From: Coprothermobacterota bacterium
GTDB taxonomy: Bacteria; Caldisericota; JANLFM01
Assembly: GCA_026389425.1 (NCBI GenBank)
Contig: JAPLHW010000257.1
Coordinates: 1 to 44,519 of the forward strand
Reading direction: 5' to 3'
DNA: 44,519 nucleotides
Position numbers and translations under genes: made by a program. Positions 17,481-25,400 of the stretch are shown piece after piece; the first letter of the stretch is position 1; the number at the start of each line of letters is the position of its first letter. The notes under the pieces are model-generated. The model was not told the origin of the DNA. It saw nothing but the letters and a program-made list of their open reading frames with translations, and ran no database searches.

Positions 17481-18217
17481 ACTTGCGGCTCCTTTCCGCT
17501 CTTGTTAAGGACTGCACGACCAGCCGGGGTGGTGCGGTATCGCTGCTCCGGGCTGCGAGGCTTATCGGGGAAGGTCATTTCGACAAGGCCCATCTCTAGG
17601 GCTGGTTTGAGGTAGCGCTCTTCGAAATTTGCTCTTCCTTTTAACTCCAACGCCGCCTGGATCTCCACGCGCGTCATCTCTCTCGACATGATTTCCAGCA
17701 TCTTCAAGACCTCGACAGTAACTTGCCCTGCGACTTGCCCTGCGACTTGTGGGGTACTTGGGGGGTACATGTGCGGCACATGTGCGGTGGATTCCAGCGT
17801 CTCATGAGCCTTTTCATGGGCTTGAACTTGGTGCTGACTTGGTGCCAATTTGGTGCCAATTTGTGCGGTCTTCGGTTCCTCTAGGGCTCCCGCCTGCGCC
17901 CGCACCTCCGGATTCGGATGGAAGATCGCAGTGAAAAAGCCGTTTTCCTCGAAGATCGGCGCCGGACAGCGTTGCTCGCGCGCCTCCTCGCGCATGCGCT
18001 TGATCCCGGTTCCGGCCTTCTCGATGAAAGTGATGCGGTGGAGCAGGTCAGCAATAAGGGCATTGCGGCGGATGCTCTTCCGGCCGAGGTCGGAAAACTT
18101 CATCCCCTTGGGCAGGCCGCCGGGGCTGGATATCTCGATCCTATCTGTGTAGATCTCAACAAAAACATTGGCGCCTTCACCCTCCTGGAGCAGGATGTCG
18201 AGATCAGTAGCTTTCAT
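17477..18217 (-). CDS. HATPase_c_4 / winged-helix regulator-like protein (the family often mis-named RecG-like), apparently shortened
   Basis: IEISSPGGLPKGMKFSDLGRKSIRRNALIADLLHRITFIEKAGTGIKRMREE plus a C-terminal wHTH-like region. Strong SD AAGGAGG before ATG 18217 and an ATGA-type 4-nt overlap with the hsdR start. Lacks the N-terminal AlbA_2 domain expected in full-length relatives. Confidence 0.65.
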   Translation of the reverse strand: MKATDLDILLQEGEGANVFVEIYTDRIEISSPGGLPKGMKFSDLGRKSIRRNALIADLLHRITFIEKAGTGIKRMREEAREQRCPAPIFEENGFFTAIFHPNPEVRAQAGALEEPKTAQIGTKLAPSQHQVQAHEKAHETLESTAHVPHMYPPSTPQVAGQVAGQVTVEVLKMLEIMSREMTRVEIQAALELKGRANFEERYLKPALEMGLVEMTFPDKPRSPEQRYRTTPAGRAVLNKSGKEPQV

Positions 18218-18317
18218 ACTTCGGCCTCCTTGGGAGTATTCAAGCCTACTCGCCCTCGATACTGGAAAGCCAAGCGAAATGTCTGCGAGCTTCGTTCATT
18301 CCACTTCCGCCGCTCCT

Positions 18318-18341
18318 GGGATCGCCGCACCCCAGTGCGGC
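18318..18341 (+). repeat. REP-like element, copy 2 (GGGATCGCCGCACCCCAGTGCGGC)
   Basis: One mismatch to consensus; 35 nt downstream of the RAYT stop. Confidence 0.7.
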
Positions 18342-18375
18342 ATCCTCATTTGGATTTCTTCTCATCCTTTCCATT

Positions 18376-19038
18376 TTAATCTTTCGCACTACTCCACAGC
18401 CAATCCTCTGGTTTTGTTACCAACCCGGCTTTCACGGGGTTCATGACAATGTATTCTCGCGTTGCCATAAAGTGACCTTCGTCTCGGATGAAACGATCCC
18501 AGTACTCCCGATGCCAAATCCGGGACCGCCGCACCCCAGTGCGGCTCATATTCTCATTGATCCACCGCGCCGTATAGTTCTTCCACGACAATACGATCTT
18601 CCCCAAAGGGATACCCTCGCGCGGTTCAATCATTACATGACAATGGTTAGGCATCACAACCCACTGCAACAGGCGGTAACGCTCCCCGTCAAACCGAAGC
18701 CACGTATCTACCACACAAGCGGCGACATCAGGTTTTCGTAAAACGCAGGAACCATGACCTGCATCCAAAAAGGCCTCGATCTTCCGTCGCAGTTGCGTCT
18801 CGCGCGCATCGCGATTCCGGACTTCTTCCTTCAATTCTGCTTGCATTTGTTCCAATGCCGATTGTGGTAGTGAATCAGCCAGACGGTAGGTGATGTGTTG
18901 GATAGCATGTGCTGTATCGAAGTGGGGCAAATAGCCGCGGGAGTACCACCCTCGGGCTGGTTGCTCCCCAGAACGGTAGGCTTCCGTCTGTTCACTGCTG
19001 TTGCCGCACTGGGGTGCGGCGGTCCCAGGGACGGTCAT
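18376..19038 (-). CDS. REP-associated tyrosine transposase (RAYT, IS200/IS605-like Y1 HUH enzyme)
   Basis: SRGYLPHFD, HUH motif MPNHCHVMI, catalytic Tyr region TREYIVMNPVKAGLV. Flanked by inverted REP copies at 18318 and 19003. ATG 19038 overlaps the hsdS stop (ATGA). Confidence 0.85.
   Translation of the reverse strand: MTVPGTAAPQCGNSSEQTEAYRSGEQPARGWYSRGYLPHFDTAHAIQHITYRLADSLPQSALEQMQAELKEEVRNRDARETQLRRKIEAFLDAGHGSCVLRKPDVAACVVDTWLRFDGERYRLLQWVVMPNHCHVMIEPREGIPLGKIVLSWKNYTARWINENMSRTGVRRSRIWHREYWDRFIRDEGHFMATREYIVMNPVKAGLVTKPEDWLWSSAKD
18522..18545 (+). repeat. REP-like element, copy 3, inside the RAYT coding sequence
   Basis: Exact 24-nt consensus; translated on the minus strand as ...SRTGVRRSRI... 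Confidence 0.7.
19003..19026 (-). repeat. REP-like element, copy 4, encoding the RAYT N-terminus
   Basis: GCCGCACTGGGGTGCGGCGGTCCC is the reverse complement of the consensus. It encodes residues GTAAPQCG of MTVPGTAAPQCGNSS. Confidence 0.7.
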
Positions 19039-20216
19039 GTAATCTCCTCGGGAATGGTGATTTCCAGTTCCGACACATCCACCTCGCCGGAGATGAGCCG
19101 GGGCAGCAGCAGGTCGCGAGTACGGCGGAGGGTGGTGTTTTTACGAATCAGAGAAATGACTAGATCCGACGCGGGCGTAGCCAGAGAATCAAAAGCTTCT
19201 GCAATAGAATCCGGTGGCGCAACAGTTGGCTGAGCCAAGAAGTCTCCAGGCTTGAGTCGTTTATGGCTAGTGGATGTGCCGTCTGCGCGCCCTGCAAGTT
19301 TTTCTACCATTTCCGGATTATTGAATAGCCCATAATAAAATGCCGTTGAGTACTTCTTCGGCTCAAGAATAAGATACTCGGTTGAGGCTATGGAACGGAG
19401 GTCGTTGCTCGGTCTTGGTAGCCATACCCTGGGGATATGCGGGTTCAGTTTCGGAACCAATACACAATCAATCGGGACTTCATATTTCCCACTTCTAATG
19501 GTCTGACCTTTTTCAACCGCAGGAAGTTTGCCTGAATCGAATGCAGGAAAACTGAAGTGTTCGAAAAGTTCATTTGGAAAATTCTGCGGTTGAACGCTTT
19601 TTCGACAGAGATTGACAATATCCCCCAACGCAGCTACTTCCCAGCCCTCCGGGATGAGGCCGAGGGGGGAATCGGTGAAGCGGGCGTGCTGGTGGCCGGG
19701 GAAGCGGAACTTGACGAACCACTCGCGGTAGAGGTTCTGCGCCATCTTCTCCAGAATTTTAATCCGCCGCAGGTTGTTCTCGATCAGGTCGTCGTAGGCC
19801 GAGAGAATCGCCGCGATTTTGGCTTGTACTGGTAAACTCGGGAAACGTATCCTCAAACCATAGAGGTAGTTGCGATTAAGTGAAGGCTGTGCACTGCCAG
19901 AATTGAAAGACGCGAAATCAATACTATCGAGTAGGTAATAAACAAAACGCGGATGATTGTCCTTGAAGTCCTTCACATAAAGAACAGTATTATGAGGCCA
20001 ATAGGCGCGTGATGTGTAGTGCGCCTTGCCAAAAGAAGCACCGCTTCTCCCAATTACAACACCGGGGCCACCAGTTTTAGCAGAATCATGGTAACCATTG
20101 ATTCCAGCAGAACCAAGAACTGGAATAGTCCCTGGTCGCCTCTGCTGTTCTGGCAAGTCGTGCCCTCTCTGTAGAGTTATGACCTCACCGAGAGTAATGT
20201 CTCGCCAACTCATCAC
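19035..20216 (-). CDS. hsdS: Type I R-M specificity subunit
   Basis: Two target-recognition domains separated by the conserved spacer LPVQAKIAAILSAYDDLIENNLRRIKILEKMAQNLYREWFVKFRFPG. C-terminal NTTLRRTRDLLLPRLISGEVDV. Start is GTG 20216 or ATG 20213. Confidence 0.9.
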   Translation of the reverse strand: MMSWRDITLGEVITLQRGHDLPEQQRRPGTIPVLGSAGINGYHDSAKTGGPGVVIGRSGASFGKAHYTSRAYWPHNTVLYVKDFKDNHPRFVYYLLDSIDFASFNSGSAQPSLNRNYLYGLRIRFPSLPVQAKIAAILSAYDDLIENNLRRIKILEKMAQNLYREWFVKFRFPGHQHARFTDSPLGLIPEGWEVAALGDIVNLCRKSVQPQNFPNELFEHFSFPAFDSGKLPAVEKGQTIRSGKYEVPIDCVLVPKLNPHIPRVWLPRPSNDLRSIASTEYLILEPKKYSTAFYYGLFNNPEMVEKLAGRADGTSTSHKRLKPGDFLAQPTVAPPDSIAEAFDSLATPASDLVISLIRKNTTLRRTRDLLLPRLISGEVDVSELEITIPEEIT

Positions 20217-20262
20217 TTCCCCTCCAGCAGCTTCACCACATTCTCGGCGATCTGTTCTTCCC
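20213..20262 (-). repeat. duplicate of the last ~50 nt of hsdM, fused to the YhcG-like ORF
   Basis: Aligns at about 80% identity with 21346..21395. It encodes ...EQIAENVVKLLEGK versus the HsdM C-terminus ...[14 protein letters not shown]. Confidence 0.7.
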
Positions 20263-21346
20263 GGGACCGCCGCTCCCCAGAGCGGCTCTCTTCGCCTCTC
20301 TCGCTACAATTGCTGCACTGGGATGCGGCAGCCCCAGACATTTCCAGCCGCCCCCGAGCCAGGACAATCGCCCGATGCAATTTCTCCCGCAGCAATTCCT
20401 TAGGCGGCAGGGAAGTGAGGTATTCAGCGACATGGATGCCCGAACTGCCTAATTCCAGCAGTTCGATCTGTTCCTCTTTCTTGCCAGCGCAGAGGATCAT
20501 GCCGAGCGGCGCCTGCTCGCCCTGTTTGCGCTCGTATCTATCCAGCCAGCGCAGGTACAGCTCCATCTGCCCCTTATGCTCGGGCCGAAACTTGTCCAGC
20601 TTCAGCTCGATGGCCACCAAACGGCGCAAATCTCGGTGGAAGAATAGCAAGTCCAGGTAGAAATCATCCTCATCGACAGTAATCCGCTTCTGTCGGGCGA
20701 CAAAGGAGAAGCCGATGCCCAACTCCAGGATGAAGGCTTCCATCTCGCGGATGATGGCCGCCTCCAGGTCTTTTTCCTGAAACGCGCCGGTGAGTCCGAG
20801 GAAATCGAGGAAATAGGGATCGCGGAAGACCAGATCGGGGGTGAGCCTGTCCTCGTCCCGAAGCGCGTCGAGTTCGATCCGGGCCAGTTCTTCAGGTTTT
20901 TTGGAGAGGGCGGTGCGCTCGTAGAGCATGGAGGCGATCTTCTGCCGCAAGGTGCGGACGCTCCAGCGTTCGATACGGCACATTTCAGCATAGAAGTCTT
21001 TTTGCAGAGGGAGCTTAAGGTAGATGATCTCCTTGAAATGGGACCAACTCAATTGTCTCGACAGCGTAGAGACAATTGGTTCATTAGGAAACGCCTCGAA
21101 AAAGTGCATCATGTGGTGGATGTTTTTCGCTGAAAATCCGCTTCCATATTCCGTCATCAATAGTCTCGACAGCGTAGAGACAATCTGTTCGCCGTATTCC
21201 GCCCGCTCGCCCTTGAGAATCTCTTCCCTGATCCGCTTGCCGATGCGCCAGTAGAGCAAGGTCAGGGCTGTGTTGACCGTGGCAGCCACGCCCTGGCGCG
21301 TCTCTTCGATCATCCGGCGGAGATCATCGAGAAGCGGACGCGACAT
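20213..21346 (-). CDS. YhcG/DUF1016-type PD-(D/E)xK nuclease-like protein with chimeric C-terminus
   Basis: TALTLLYWRIGKRIREEIL, QLSWSHFKEII, FYLDLLFFHRDLRRLVAIELK (D...ELK). TAATG coupling to the hsdM stop and GTGATGA coupling to the hsdS start. The last ~45 aa are encoded by a REP pair plus the hsdM-tail duplicate. Confidence 0.8.
   Translation of the reverse strand: MSRPLLDDLRRMIEETRQGVAATVNTALTLLYWRIGKRIREEILKGERAEYGEQIVSTLSRLLMTEYGSGFSAKNIHHMMHFFEAFPNEPIVSTLSRQLSWSHFKEIIYLKLPLQKDFYAEMCRIERWSVRTLRQKIASMLYERTALSKKPEELARIELDALRDEDRLTPDLVFRDPYFLDFLGLTGAFQEKDLEAAIIREMEAFILELGIGFSFVARQKRITVDEDDFYLDLLFFHRDLRRLVAIELKLDKFRPEHKGQMELYLRWLDRYERKQGEQAPLGMILCAGKKEEQIELLELGSSGIHVAEYLTSLPPKELLREKLHRAIVLARGRLEMSGAAASQCSNCSERGEESRSGERRSREEQIAENVVKLLEGK
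20263..20286 (+). repeat. REP-like element, copy 5 (variant with compensatory stem change)
   Basis: GGGACCGCCGCTCCCCAGAGCGGC: the stem GCCGCTC/GAGCGGC keeps pairing through a double substitution. Confidence 0.65.
20312..20335 (-). repeat. REP-like element, copy 6 (degenerate, inverted partner of copy 5)
   Basis: GCTGCACTGGGATGCGGCAGCCCC, 4 mismatches to the reverse-complement consensus. Confidence 0.5.
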
Positions 21347-22947
21347 TACTCCCCCTCCAGCAACTTGGCCACATTCTCGGCGATGCGATCTTCCAGTTCC
21401 CGCGCCTCGGCGTTGAGAGTTTCCAGTTCCTCGTTCTGCTCCTGTAGCCGCGCCTTGAAGTCGAAGTCGTCCTCAACATGGGCGGTTACGCCCACATAGC
21501 GGCCGGGGTTGAGGCTGAAGCCCTGGGTTTCGATCTCGGCCAGCGTCGCCACCTTGCACAGCCCCGCCACATCGATATATTTGCCATCGGGGAAGTATTC
21601 AGCCACCAGACCGGCGCTGTCGTGCAAGTTTTCGACATCTCCGCCTCGGTAGAAGCGGGCAATATTAGCCAGGAACTCGATCTGGGCCGGGGTCCAGTCG
21701 CGGTGAGCGCGGTCGATCTGACGGTAGAGGTGGCGGGCATCGATAAATAACACGGTGTCGGCGCGGCGGGTGTTGGTTTTGCCGCACTGGGGTGCGGCGA
21801 TCCCAGGCCCCAGTGCGGCAGTCGTGCTTTTGCCGCGGTCGAAGAACCAGAGGATGCAAGGAAGGGTCACGGTATAGAAGAAGTTGGAGCCGACAGCCAC
21901 CATCACATCCACGGCGCGGGCCTCGATGAGTTGCCTGCGGATCTCCAGTTCCGAGCCTCGGGCATCGGAGGCGGAATTGGCCATGACGAATCCGGCTCGG
22001 CCAGTTTCATTTAAAGAACTGTAGAAAAGCTGGATCCAGAGGTAGTTGGCGTTGTCCGTGCGGGGCAGGCCGAAGGGAAAGCGTGGGTCGTCCTTCAGCC
22101 GGTCCTTGTCCACCCGGTCCACATTGAAGGGCGGATTGGCCATGACGAAGTCGAACTTGCCGGTGGAGCGGTGCAGGTCCTCGTAGTAGGCGTTGCCCTC
22201 GCGGATGTCGCCGGCCAGGCCGTGCACGGCCAGGTTCATCTTGCCCAGGCGCACGGTCTCGGCCACCTTCTCCTGGCCATAGACGCTCAGTTCGGTGTCG
22301 GGGTTCCTCTTGTGCTCCTCGACAAAGCGGGCGCTCTGCACAAACATCCCACCAGAGCCACAGGCCGGGTCGAAGATGCGGCCGTGAAAGGGTTCGATAA
22401 TACCGACGATGAGCTGGACAATGGCGGTGGGGGTGAAGAACTCGCCACCTTTCTGGCCCTCGCTCATGGCGAATTGACCAAGAAAATATTCATAAATCTT
22501 GCCGAAGGCGTCCCCCTCGATGTCCATGGGAACCGAATTCATGGTCTTCAGCAGTTCCTTAAGCAGGGTGTTCTCGAAACGGTTATAGCTCTTGGGCAGG
22601 ATATCCCTCAGATCGGGATTCTCCGCCTCGATGGCGCGCATCGCCTCGTTGATGGCTGCGCCGATGTTGGCACCTTCAGGTAGCTTAATCAGCGCCGAGA
22701 AGCGCGCCGCCTCAGGTAGATAGAGTACACCTTTGGCTTGATAGTCCGCCGGGCCGATGGTGCGTCGCCCGCTGCTGGTGCCCTCCAGCTCCATTGCCGC
22801 TGCCTGGAATTTGTAGTCGGCATAGCGTAGAAAGACCAGCCCCAGCACCGGGACGGAGTACTCTGAGGACTTCAGTTTGGAGTTAGCGCGCAGTTCATCC
22901 GCTGCGTCCCACAAACGGGCTTCGATGTTGTTGCCGCTATGATTCAT
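21346..22947 (-). CDS. hsdM: Type I R-M N6-adenine DNA methyltransferase subunit
   Basis: HsdM N-terminal domain ([14 protein letters not shown]...LGLVFLRY), motif [11 protein letters not shown], motif IV NPPF. SD GGAGG before ATG 22947. Carries an in-frame REP insertion at 21781-21819. Confidence 0.95.
   Translation of the reverse strand: MNHSGNNIEARLWDAADELRANSKLKSSEYSVPVLGLVFLRYADYKFQAAAMELEGTSSGRRTIGPADYQAKGVLYLPEAARFSALIKLPEGANIGAAINEAMRAIEAENPDLRDILPKSYNRFENTLLKELLKTMNSVPMDIEGDAFGKIYEYFLGQFAMSEGQKGGEFFTPTAIVQLIVGIIEPFHGRIFDPACGSGGMFVQSARFVEEHKRNPDTELSVYGQEKVAETVRLGKMNLAVHGLAGDIREGNAYYEDLHRSTGKFDFVMANPPFNVDRVDKDRLKDDPRFPFGLPRTDNANYLWIQLFYSSLNETGRAGFVMANSASDARGSELEIRRQLIEARAVDVMVAVGSNFFYTVTLPCILWFFDRGKSTTAALGPGIAAPQCGKTNTRRADTVLFIDARHLYRQIDRAHRDWTPAQIEFLANIARFYRGGDVENLHDSAGLVAEYFPDGKYIDVAGLCKVATLAEIETQGFSLNPGRYVGVTAHVEDDFDFKARLQEQNEELETLNAEARELEDRIAENVAKLLEGE
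21781..21819 (-). repeat. REP-like element copy 7 plus half-copy, in frame inside hsdM
   Basis: GCCGCACTGGGGTGCGGCGATCCC + AGG + CCCCAGTGCGGC. Translated as ...[17 protein letters not shown]... between LWFFDRGKS and [12 protein letters not shown]. Confidence 0.7.
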
Positions 22948-23101
22948 GGCTTCTTCCTCCCCGGTTCTTCATGGATTCTCTTCTGCGTCTCCTCCGGATC
23001 GCGAACGCTCACCAAAGTGCAAACTCTGCGCTCATCACATGATACCAGTTTAGGCAGAAAGGAAACCCGGACTTCAAAGCCATGGTGTCGTTTCTTCCAA
23101 G

Positions 23102-23707
23102 TCAAGGACGAGTGGATGATTCATCGAACATTCCCTTCTTTTCGGCCAGGCCCTCGATCATCTCCCGGGCTTTCTTAGCATTATCAGGATCAGGGAGAGT
23201 GCGATAATTGGTTCGCAGCGCCTCAATCTCTTTCCTGAAACCAGGAGGCAAGGCCGCTTCTTCCTGAGCTCGCCTCAGCTCCTGTTCATACATGCGCATG
23301 AACTGGGGACGCGCGTGGGCTGGATCAGCCATGGCAAATTCGCGGACCCCGAAGTGCTCCAGGGTGCGTCGGACAAGGGGGTGCAAGTCCTCGTATCCTT
23401 CCGCTTCCCAGTGATCATCGAAGAAGACAGCATCGCCGATGCACCTCGAGGCTTTTCCATAGGCCTCGGCAGGGGTGAGGTTGCGTTCCTGGACGATTTC
23501 CAGGGCGGCTCCTCTGATCTCGGCGTAAGAAGGGGAGAAAGGTTTGCCAGTAAAGAGCAACTTCTGGACTGCTATCTTGGCTACCTCAAGGGGTATCTCC
23601 TCCAGCACTTTGGCCCAGATAGCCAGGGTGCCTGTGCTCATCTCCGGGGCATTGTTCCAGGCCTGAGCGATCAAGGTCAGCAGATCCCTCACTTCTTGTT
23701 TAGTCAT
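23102..23707 (-). CDS. phage-type replicative helicase loader/inhibitor-like protein (G39P-like N-terminus)
   Basis: MTKQEVRDLLTLIAQAWNN...WAKVLEEIPLEVAKIAVQKLLFTGKPFSPSYAEIRG resembles the G40P loader/inhibitor family. 4-nt overlap with the upstream gene. Confidence 0.55.
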   Translation of the reverse strand: MTKQEVRDLLTLIAQAWNNAPEMSTGTLAIWAKVLEEIPLEVAKIAVQKLLFTGKPFSPSYAEIRGAALEIVQERNLTPAEAYGKASRCIGDAVFFDDHWEAEGYEDLHPLVRRTLEHFGVREFAMADPAHARPQFMRMYEQELRRAQEEAALPPGFRKEIEALRTNYRTLPDPDNAKKAREMIEGLAEKKGMFDESSTRP

Positions 23708-24708
23708 TTCTGGTTTTCCTCCTTTTTTTCTTCCTCGATCTTCAGGTCTGCCCAGGCTTGGGCTTTTTGGTTTAACAGGAGAACATCTCCGATAGGATTG
23801 CCTTCTTCGTCCAACTGGAGATCGGACCAGGCTTGGGCTTTTTTATTCAAGAAGGGCGGTGAGGCGCCTCTAGCCACGCCATAGCTGCCATTTCCTGGCG
23901 GGTGGTGATCCCGGCCGGGTAATTCCCCACGGCGGAAACACTCCAGCATCCCCAGGACGTTGGTCTTCTTGAAGCCGTGCCCGACCCAGGCGATGATCGT
24001 CTCCCTCCAGCGAGCCAACTCCGGGGGAGAGGAGCCTACCCCCTCTCCCACCGTGGACCATACAACCTTCGGCGGATAGAGACGGGTGATCTCCCGATAG
24101 GCTTCCACGGCTGGCAGGATGGAATCTTTTTGCTTTTGGGAGGAAACCACCGATTGGGGGGAAGGGGGAGTGAATGGGCGAACAGTCGCTGCCTTCTGCG
24201 CTGTTCGCGCTTTCTCTTCTCCCAGAGAATAGGGAGTCAGATTAACGGCAGTCAGAGAGTCAGGAGTCAGAGAGTCAGGAGTCAGTAATACAGCCGGGCA
24301 AGCACCGAAAATGACCGGATCGACTCCAGGAATTTCCGGACTATCTTGCTGGTCTTCTTCGGGAGCCACTTTGGGAGGCGCCGGGATGATGCTCTTTTGC
24401 TCGTTCTTGTGGGGATACTGGTGACGGATAAAGTTGACGATAGCGATGTACCGGTGGCCTTCCACGATGTACCTCCGGATGAAGGCGCCGTTTCCATCGC
24501 GGTTGACAGCGAGTTCATTGAGCAATTCCTCAACGTTCACTTCTTCGTAGGGGAAGATCTCAGCTTCAATGCGTTTCGGCCGGTCTTCTAAACGACCTTC
24601 CCGGTCTGCCAACAACCAGAGGCCGACGAAGAGGAGCCTGGCTGCCTGGCTGCAGGCGGCGAGCCCCTCGTTCTTGAAGAATCCCGGCTTGATGGCTCGG
24701 GCTCTCAT
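23704..24708 (-). CDS. phage replication/replisome-organizer-like protein
   Basis: The N-terminus IKPGFFKNEGLAACSQAARLLFVGLWLLADREGRLEDRPKRIEAEIFPYE is a pattern I associate with prophage replication proteins. Contains a 15-bp tandem repeat (24251-24285, TPDSL x2) and a duplicated KAQAW(S/A)DL segment. Confidence 0.45.
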   Translation of the reverse strand: MRARAIKPGFFKNEGLAACSQAARLLFVGLWLLADREGRLEDRPKRIEAEIFPYEEVNVEELLNELAVNRDGNGAFIRRYIVEGHRYIAIVNFIRHQYPHKNEQKSIIPAPPKVAPEEDQQDSPEIPGVDPVIFGACPAVLLTPDSLTPDSLTAVNLTPYSLGEEKARTAQKAATVRPFTPPSPQSVVSSQKQKDSILPAVEAYREITRLYPPKVVWSTVGEGVGSSPPELARWRETIIAWVGHGFKKTNVLGMLECFRRGELPGRDHHPPGNGSYGVARGASPPFLNKKAQAWSDLQLDEEGNPIGDVLLLNQKAQAWADLKIEEEKKEENQK

Positions 24709-24785
24709 CTCACACCTCTATTGGCGTCTGCCCCCAATGACAGGTTGGAGTGAGTGGGATTCTCCTCGATACTCTTGCTCTTCAT
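24705..24785 (-). CDS. possible 26-aa small ORF coupled to the replication gene
   Basis: ATG 24785 lies 6 nt after AAAGGAGAA. MKSKSIEENPTHSNLSLGADANRGVR; the TGA overlaps ATG 24708 (ATGA). Confidence 0.25.
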   Translation of the reverse strand: MKSKSIEENPTHSNLSLGADANRGVR

Positions 24786-24994
24786 GGCGGTTCTCCTTTC
24801 TTTTTGTCCGGACGGCTCCATCCCCTCTGTGTAGCAGAAAGGAAAAAGACTGAAGATAAGCCATTGGAGGTGCTTCAAAGCAAGGGCCAGAGAGGCTTCA
24901 GAGGATTGGGAAAATGCAAAAAAGGCAAGAATCAGAAAAAAAGAAAATCTTCAATTGTATGGACAGAAGGGGTGTGTCCACTTTCGGTGCCAAT

Positions 24995-25060
24995 GTGGGC
25001 ATGAAACGGAGCCGGTGACTATTGGAAGGACATCATGAACGTGAAAGGATCTACCTGCAA
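24995..25060 (+). repeat. decayed duplicate of the MFS gene upstream region and first codons (partner 25800..25866)
   Basis: GTGGGCATGAAACGGAGC (18/18 identical), then CATCATGAACG and AAAGGATCT blocks shared with 25800..25866. About 75% identity over ~66 nt, period 805 bp. Confidence 0.65.
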
Positions 25061-25130
25061 AACTGAATAGTGAAACTTGTCTGAGGTCAGCTAAATAAAA
25101 GTAGGAAAGCTTCGAGAGGGTAGGACGTTT

Positions 25131-25400
25131 TTACCGGTAGGTTGTCTCAGTACGGCGTGATACTAGTAATACTACAACCAAAGCATCAACATCATAGATT
25201 TCATAGACGATTCTATAATCGCCTACCCTGATGCGATACGACCTTTGGGTACCTTTGATTCTCCGTACCCCATGAGGACGAGGTTCCTCAGCCAGTCCTC
25301 TCACGGCTTCTCGCAAGCGCTCGAGGTCTTGCTTTTGCATTCGACCTTTGAGCTTTCCCAGATCACGGTCGGCAGCCGGCGAAACCTCAAGTCTATACAC
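25131..25400 (-). CDS. RelE/ParE-family type II toxin
   Basis: YRLEVSPAADRDLGKL...PRPHGVRRIKGTQRSYRIRVGDYRIVYEIYD...VVVLLVSRR. GTG start overlaps the antitoxin stop by 8 nt. Confidence 0.85.
   Translation of the reverse strand: MYRLEVSPAADRDLGKLKGRMQKQDLERLREAVRGLAEEPRPHGVRRIKGTQRSYRIRVGDYRIVYEIYDVDALVVVLLVSRRTETTYR

Noticed and set aside
21050-21190. Internal direct repeat in the YhcG-like gene (TCTCGACAGCGTAGAGACAAT twice, IVSTLSR twice)
   Set aside because: YhcG/DUF1016 proteins, as I recall them, normally contain two similar helix motifs in the N-terminal domain. This is probably a family feature rather than a recent duplication or regulatory site.
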